Of a stretch of DNA of 51,465 nt, positions 46,573 to 51,465 are shown one piece after another. The stretch lies in IMG/VR virus record IMGVR_UViG_2872152978_000009. The stretch is one strand, 5' to 3'. The stretch comes from a virus (lineage: Duplodnaviria > Heunggongvirae > Uroviricota > Caudoviricetes). Below the pieces are notes generated by a model, which saw only the letters and a program-made list of their open reading frames with translations, had not been told where the DNA came from and ran no database searches. The stretch's first letter is position 1. Each line of letters opens with the position of its first letter. A program made the translations under genes and the position numbers.

Positions 46573-49548
46573 ATGACAGTAAAGATTTCTGGTGTACTGA
46601 AAGATGGTGCAGGTAAGCCGATACAAAACTGCACCATTCAGCTAAAGGCCAGGCGCAACAGCACCACGGTGGTGGTGAACACAGTGGCCTCAGAAAATCC
46701 GGATGAAGCCGGGCGTTATACAATGGACGTCGAGTATGGTCAGTACAGCGTCAGTCTGTTGGTGGAGGGATTCCCGCCGTCACACGCCGGGATTATCACC
46801 GTATATGAGGACTCAAAGCCGGGCACACTGAATGATTTCCTCGGTGCAATGACGGAGGATGATGTCCGGCCAGAGGCACTGAGCCGTTTTGAACTGATGG
46901 TGGAAGAGGTGGCGCGTAACGCGTCCGCAGTGGCACAGAACACGGCAGCCGCGAAGAAGTCAGCCAGCGATGCCCGCACATCAGCCCGTGAGGCGGCAAC
47001 CCATGCGACTGATGCTGCAGGCTCAGCACGCGCAGCCAGCACGTCAGCCGGACAGGCCGCGTCGTCGGCTCAGTCAGCGTCTTCCAGCGCAGGAGCGGCA
47101 TCAACAAAGGCCAGTGAAGCATCGAAAAGTGCTGCTGCTGCAGAGTCCTCAAAAAGCGCGGCAGCTACCAGTGCCAGTGCCGCGAAAACGTCAGAAACGA
47201 ATGCGGCAGCGTCACAACAATCAGCAGCCACTTCTGCATCCACCGCGACCACGAAAGCGTCAGAAGCAGCCACTTCAGCACGGGATGCGTCGGCTTCAAA
47301 AGAGGCGGCAAAATCATCAGAAACGAACGCAGCCTCGAGCGCCAGCAGCGCAGCTTCCTCGGCAACGGCGGCAGCAAATTCTGCGAAGGCGGCAAAAACG
47401 TCCGAGACGAACGCCAGGTCTTCTGAAACGGCAGCGGGACAGAGCGCCTCAGCTGCGGCAGACTCAAAAACAGCGGCTGCATTATCTGCCAGTGCCGCGT
47501 CAACAAGTGCCGGGCAGGCCTCAGCCAGTGCCACCGCCGCCGGAAAATCGGCAGAAAGTGCTGCATCGTCTGCTTCAACAGCCACAACGAAGGCTGGCGA
47601 AGCCGCTGTACTGGCCAGCGCAGCAGCGAGGTCTGCTTCCGCAGCGAAGACATCCGAGACGAACGCGAAAGCGTCGGAAACCAGCGCAGAATCCTCAAAA
47701 ACGGCTGCCGCATCGTCCGCCAGTTCGGCGGCGTCATCGGCATCATCTGCGTCTGCTTCAAAAGATGAGGCGACCAGACAGGCGTCAGCAGCAAAGGGCA
47801 GCGCCACGACGGCATCCACGAAGGCGACAGAGGCAGCTGGCAGTGCGACGGCGGCAGCTCAGAGCAAAAGTACGGCGGAATCCGCGGCAACGCGCGCTGA
47901 GACAGCGGCAAAACGGGCAGAGGATATTGCATCCGCCGTGGCGCTTGAGGATGCGAGCACGACGAAAAAGGGGATAGTACAGCTCAGCAGTGCGACTAAC
48001 AGCACTTCCGAGTCACTGGCGGCAACGCCAAAAGCCGTTAAGGCCGCGTATGAGCTGGCTAACGGGAAATACACCGCACAGGATGCAACGACAGCACAGA
48101 AAGGGATAGTTCAGCTTAGCAACGCGACCAACAGCACATCTGAAATGCTGGCGGCAACGCCAAAGTCGGTAAAGGCAGCCTATGACCTTGCTAACGGGAA
48201 ATATACTGCTCAGGACGCTACGACAGCACAAAAAGGAATTGTCCAGCTCAGTAGTGCAACCAACAGCGCATCTGAAACGCTTGCCGCGACACCGAAAGCA
48301 GTGAAAGCAGCTAATGATAATGCGAATGGTCGGGTACCTTCTGCCCGTAAGGTGAATGGTAAGGCGCTTTCAGCGGATATAACACTGACGCCGAAAGATA
48401 TTGGTACGCTTAACTCAACAACAATGTCATTCAGCGGTGGTGCTGGTTGGTTCAAATTAGCAACGGTAACCATGCCACAGGCGAGTTCTGTTGTTTCAAT
48501 TACGTTGATTGGTGGTGCGGGATTTAACGTGGGGTCACCTCAACAGGCAGGTATATCTGAACTTGTTTTGCGTGCAGGTAATGGTAATCCGAAGGGGATT
48601 ACTGGTGCTTTATGGCAGCGCACATCGACAGGGTTTACAAATTTTGCCTGGGTCAATACATCTGGTGATACTTACGATATTTACGTTGCAATCGGAAATT
48701 ATGCAACTGGTGTAAATATTCAATGGGATTATACCAGTAATGCCAGCGTGACGATTCATACGTCACCAGCATATTCTGCTAATAAGCCGGAAGGGTTAAC
48801 GGACGGTACAGTTTATGCACTCTATACGCCATCAGAGCAGTTTTATCCGCCTGGCGCACCAATCCCGTGGCCATCAGATACCGTTCCGTCTGGCTATGCC
48901 CTGATGCAGGGGCAGACTTTTGACAAATCTGCATACCCGAAACTTGCAGCCGCTTATCCGTCAGGCGTGATCCCTGATATGCGTGGCTGGACGATTAAGG
49001 GCAAACCCGCCAGTGGTCGTGCCGTATTGTCTCAGGAACAGGACGGCATTAAATCGCACACCCACAGCGCCAGCGCATCCAGTACGGATTTGGGGACGAA
49101 AAACACATCGTCGTTTGATTACGGAACCAAATCCACGAATAACACCGGGGCGCATACGCACAGTCTGAGTGGCTCTACGGGGTCTGCCGGTGATCATACT
49201 CATGGTAATGGTATTCGTTGGCCAGGAGGCGGCGGTTCTGCGTTAGCATTTTATGATGGCGGTGGGTTCACTTATGTCCAGGATTCACAGTATCAAGTAA
49301 GCCCGGGGACTTCTTCCCGTAGATCGTATTATCAACGTATTCAGACACAGTCAGCAGGTGCTCATACCCACTCGCTGTCTGGTACTGCAGCAAGTTCTGG
49401 CGCACATGCACATACTGTAGGTATTGGTGCGCATACGCACTCCGTTGCGATTGGTTCACATGGACACACCATCACCGTTAACGCTGCTGGTAACGCGGAA
49501 AACACCGTCAAAAACATCGCATTTAACTATATTGTGAGGCTTGCATAA
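46573..49548 (+). CDS. stf: Side tail fibre protein Stf
   Basis: N-terminus [26 protein letters not shown] like lambda Stf; long Ala/Ser-rich region; C-terminal GAHTHS repeats. Confidence 0.85.
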   Translation: MTVKISGVLKDGAGKPIQNCTIQLKARRNSTTVVVNTVASENPDEAGRYTMDVEYGQYSVSLLVEGFPPSHAGIITVYEDSKPGTLNDFLGAMTEDDVRPEALSRFELMVEEVARNASAVAQNTAAAKKSASDARTSAREAATHATDAAGSARAASTSAGQAASSAQSASSSAGAASTKASEASKSAAAAESSKSAAATSASAAKTSETNAAASQQSAATSASTATTKASEAATSARDASASKEAAKSSETNAASSASSAASSATAAANSAKAAKTSETNARSSETAAGQSASAAADSKTAAALSASAASTSAGQASASATAAGKSAESAASSASTATTKAGEAAVLASAAARSASAAKTSETNAKASETSAESSKTAAASSASSAASSASSASASKDEATRQASAAKGSATTASTKATEAAGSATAAAQSKSTAESAATRAETAAKRAEDIASAVALEDASTTKKGIVQLSSATNSTSESLAATPKAVKAAYELANGKYTAQDATTAQKGIVQLSNATNSTSEMLAATPKSVKAAYDLANGKYTAQDATTAQKGIVQLSSATNSASETLAATPKAVKAANDNANGRVPSARKVNGKALSADITLTPKDIGTLNSTTMSFSGGAGWFKLATVTMPQASSVVSITLIGGAGFNVGSPQQAGISELVLRAGNGNPKGITGALWQRTSTGFTNFAWVNTSGDTYDIYVAIGNYATGVNIQWDYTSNASVTIHTSPAYSANKPEGLTDGTVYALYTPSEQFYPPGAPIPWPSDTVPSGYALMQGQTFDKSAYPKLAAAYPSGVIPDMRGWTIKGKPASGRAVLSQEQDGIKSHTHSASASSTDLGTKNTSSFDYGTKSTNNTGAHTHSLSGSTGSAGDHTHGNGIRWPGGGGSALAFYDGGGFTYVQDSQYQVSPGTSSRRSYYQRIQTQSAGAHTHSLSGTAASSGAHAHTVGIGAHTHSVAIGSHGHTITVNAAGNAENTVKNIAFNYIVRLA
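47944..48330 (+). repeat. Three tandem copies of an approximately 129-bp coding repeat inside stf
   Basis: Peptide unit [16 protein letters not shown](N/S)ATNS(T/A)SE.LAATPK(A/S)VKAA..LANGKY repeated three times. Confidence 0.6.
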
Positions 49549-50132
49549 TGGCATTCAGAATGAGTGAACAAGCACGGACCATAAAAATTTATAATCTGCT
49601 GGCCGGAACTAATGAATTTATTGGTGAAGGTGACGCATATATTCCGCCTCATACAGGTCTGCCAGCAAACAGTACCGATATTGCACCACCAGATATTCCT
49701 GCTGGCTTTGTGGCTGTTTTCAACAGTGATGAGGCATCGTGGCATCTCGTTGAAGACCATCGGGGTAAAACGGTTTATGACGTAGCGTCAGGGGACGAGT
49801 TATTTATTTCTGAACTCGGTCCGTTACCGGAAAATGTTACCTGGTTATCGCCGGAAGGGGAGTTTCAGAAGTGGAACGGCACTGCCTGGGTGAAGGATAC
49901 GGAAGCAGAAAAAATGTTCCGGATCCGGGAGGCGGAAGAAACAAAAAACAACCTGATGCAGGTAGCCAGTGAGCATATTGCGCCGCTTCAGGATGCTGCA
50001 GATCTGGAAATTGCAACGGAGGAAGAAACCTCATTGCTGGAAGCCTGGAAAAAGTATCGGGTGTTGCTGAACCGTGTTGATACATCAACTGCACCTGATA
50101 TTGAGTGGCCTACGAACCCTGTCAGGGAGTAA
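49548..50132 (+). CDS. tfa: Tail fibre assembly protein Tfa
   Basis: 194-aa nearly collinear with lambda Tfa. Confidence 0.9.
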   Translation: MAFRMSEQARTIKIYNLLAGTNEFIGEGDAYIPPHTGLPANSTDIAPPDIPAGFVAVFNSDEASWHLVEDHRGKTVYDVASGDELFISELGPLPENVTWLSPEGEFQKWNGTAWVKDTEAEKMFRIREAEETKNNLMQVASEHIAPLQDAADLEIATEEETSLLEAWKKYRVLLNRVDTSTAPDIEWPTNPVRE

Positions 50133-50145
50133 TCATTGGGATTAT

Positions 50146-50195
50146 GCCGCAGCACGTCTTAAGCAAGAACGTGCTGCGGTTGGATGCTATTTTTT
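50146..50195. terminator. Hairpin plus T-run after tfa (candidate bidirectional terminator)
   Basis: 11-bp inverted repeat GCCGCAGCACGT ... ACGTGCTGCGG followed by TTTTTT. Confidence 0.4.
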
Positions 50196-50855
50196 CCCTG
50201 AAGCGGAAAACATTACTACAGTACCTTGAACCTTGGTTTTAACATTCTCGAAATGCTCTGAGAGTATATGTGTTAAGCCTTCTTCGGAATCTTTTGTGTT
50301 TGAAAAGATGCCTTTCTGATTGTAAATGCGCATCAGTTTTTGACCGAAGCTATTGTGCACAACTCCATCGCCAAGAATTGTGGCTCCGTATAGAGTTCCA
50401 TCGTCAGTTAAGGCCTGCGACGCATTGCGTATTACACAGCTTTTTGTAGATATATTTCCAGGCAGGCAGTGAAGAAGGTAAAACATGGAAATGGAATCAA
50501 ATTGACCATGTAACGCCGCGGGATAAGGTTCAAAAACATCATGGCTAATTTTATGTTTAATTTTTGATTCCCCAGCCCTTGTAGATGCCGCGTTCAGGCT
50601 AGCTTCGTTCAAATCCATTAAAGATATCAGACTACTCTCAGGTACGTGAGTAAGGTAAAACCCAGTTCCAACACCAATATCCAGATGGTTGTTACCTACA
50701 TGTTCCAGAAAGTGTGGAAGAAGGTGTTCCTTTGTAGGACATCCCCATGCAAGCCGATTTGATACTCCCAAAACCCACCAGTCATAAAGCTTTAGGGTAA
50801 GTGGTGTGTAAATTTTAGCCCCATCATCTGTGTTTTTTTTCATTGATTTCACCAT
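50187..50855 (-). CDS. Class I SAM-dependent methyltransferase (non-DNA type), low-GC cargo gene
   Basis: 222-aa; motif I LDIGVGTGFY, acidic post-I residue (LMDLNE), motif LLHCL; opposite strand to the tail operon. Confidence 0.7.
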   Translation of the reverse strand: MVKSMKKNTDDGAKIYTPLTLKLYDWWVLGVSNRLAWGCPTKEHLLPHFLEHVGNNHLDIGVGTGFYLTHVPESSLISLMDLNEASLNAASTRAGESKIKHKISHDVFEPYPAALHGQFDSISMFYLLHCLPGNISTKSCVIRNASQALTDDGTLYGATILGDGVVHNSFGQKLMRIYNQKGIFSNTKDSEEGLTHILSEHFENVKTKVQGTVVMFSASGKK

Positions 50856-50911
50856 GTTATAGTTTTATTTGTGAATTAAATCAATTATGGCGATGAATTA
50901 CAAGGGGTTAA

Positions 50912-51232
50912 ATGCTGCCGCAGCATAGCGATATTGAAATAGCCTGGTATGCTTCGATACAGCAGGAGCCGAATGGCTGGAAGACCGCCACCACACAGTT
51001 CTACATCCAGGAATTCAGTGAGTATATTGCGCCACTGCAGGATGCTGTAGATCTGGAAATCGCAACGGAGGAAGAAAGATCGTTGCTGGAGGCATGGAAT
51101 AAATATCGGGTATTGTTGAATCGTGTTGATACATCAACTGCACCGATATTGAGTGGCCTGCAAATCCTGTCAGGGAGTAATCATTGGGATTATGCCGCAG
51201 ACACGTCGTATGCAGGAACGTGCTGCGGTTAG
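50912..51232 (+). pseudogene. Second, partial tail-fibre-assembly (tfa-like) gene with a 1-bp frameshift near the 3' end
   Basis: Encodes [42 protein letters not shown] matching the tfa C-terminus, then diverges where one base is missing relative to tfa. Confidence 0.55.
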
Positions 51233-51294
51233 TTTGTGAGCTTTCGATAGTGGTTGTTATTTTTGCCCTTATTTGTTCCGGAGGCCATGGTTCA

Positions 51295-51465
51295 ATGGTC
51301 CGTCTGCCCCCTGTGGTGATGTCAGCAAAATCAGCCACTGCGCGAACCACAATAGCCCGGGAAGATGCTGAAGATCACCAGGTAAAGCTGTCAGCGCAGA
51401 AACTGGAAGAACTGCTCGCATCAATGGTTAAGGATGAGGTTGATCGCAATGATGGGATTTATTGA
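51295..51465 (+). CDS. Small hypothetical protein (56 aa)
   Basis: ATG at 51295 within track ORF 51184-51465; stop at window end. Confidence 0.35.
   Translation: MVRLPPVVMSAKSATARTTIAREDAEDHQVKLSAQKLEELLASMVKDEVDRNDGIY

Noticed and set aside
47944-48330. Possible CRISPR array suggested by regular tandem repeats
   Set aside because: The repeats are about 129 bp, lie in frame inside the stf coding sequence, and have no spacer/repeat architecture or cas genes.
46740-48473. Long reverse-strand and alternative-frame ORFs (for example 47070-47819, 47165-47932, 46970-47977) across the stf gene
   Set aside because: They lie antisense to or out of frame with a well-supported tail fibre gene and are produced by the GC-rich, Ala/Ser codon-biased low-complexity sequence.

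Overview
This window is essentially one lambda-like (lambdoid) prophage of an Escherichia/Shigella-type host, nearly complete but visibly degraded. All homology calls are from reading the six-frame translations and recalling protein families; no database search was run, and several start codons are uncertain. Left to right: integrase and excisionase (minus strand), a large RecE-like exonuclease with a DnaQ-type C-terminal domain, a few small leftward ORFs, a DicA/DicC-type immunity switch, O-like and P-like replication genes, and a nin-like block of small accessory ORFs (8.3-12.3 kb). An IS2 copy (12427-13757) splits a phage ORF. Then come a Hok-family toxin, a DUF968/HNH protein, RusA, a Q-like antiterminator with a candidate PR'/tR', an orphan N6-adenine DNA methyltransferase, and a tRNA cluster (Ile2-CAU, Arg-UCG, a truncated Arg-UCU). 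Where Stx phages carry stxAB there is instead about 1 kb of low-GC DNA with an unknown ORF, followed by the NanS-p-like esterase and a second IS2 (22330-23660). The lysis cassette has an S21-type pinholin, two inserted unknown ORFs, a SAR endolysin and Rz/Rz1. A lambda-type cos site precedes a lambda-collinear head and tail module (Nu1, A, W, B, C, D, E, FI, FII, Z, U, V, G/G-T, H, M, L, K, I, J, lom, stf, tfa). The window ends with a reverse-strand SAM methyltransferase flanked by tfa-derived repeats. Signs of decay are the two IS2 copies, a 7-bp duplication frameshifting gene I, the truncated tRNA and a frameshifted tfa fragment. I cannot prove a novel system from sequence alone. The best candidates for uncharacterised cargo are the stx-position ORF (19.4-20.4 kb), the convergent gene pair between holin and endolysin (23981-24563), the lipoprotein between I and J, the small ORFs co-oriented with the repressor (3.9-5.6 kb), two small acidic proteins (10731-11082) and the methyltransferase after tfa.
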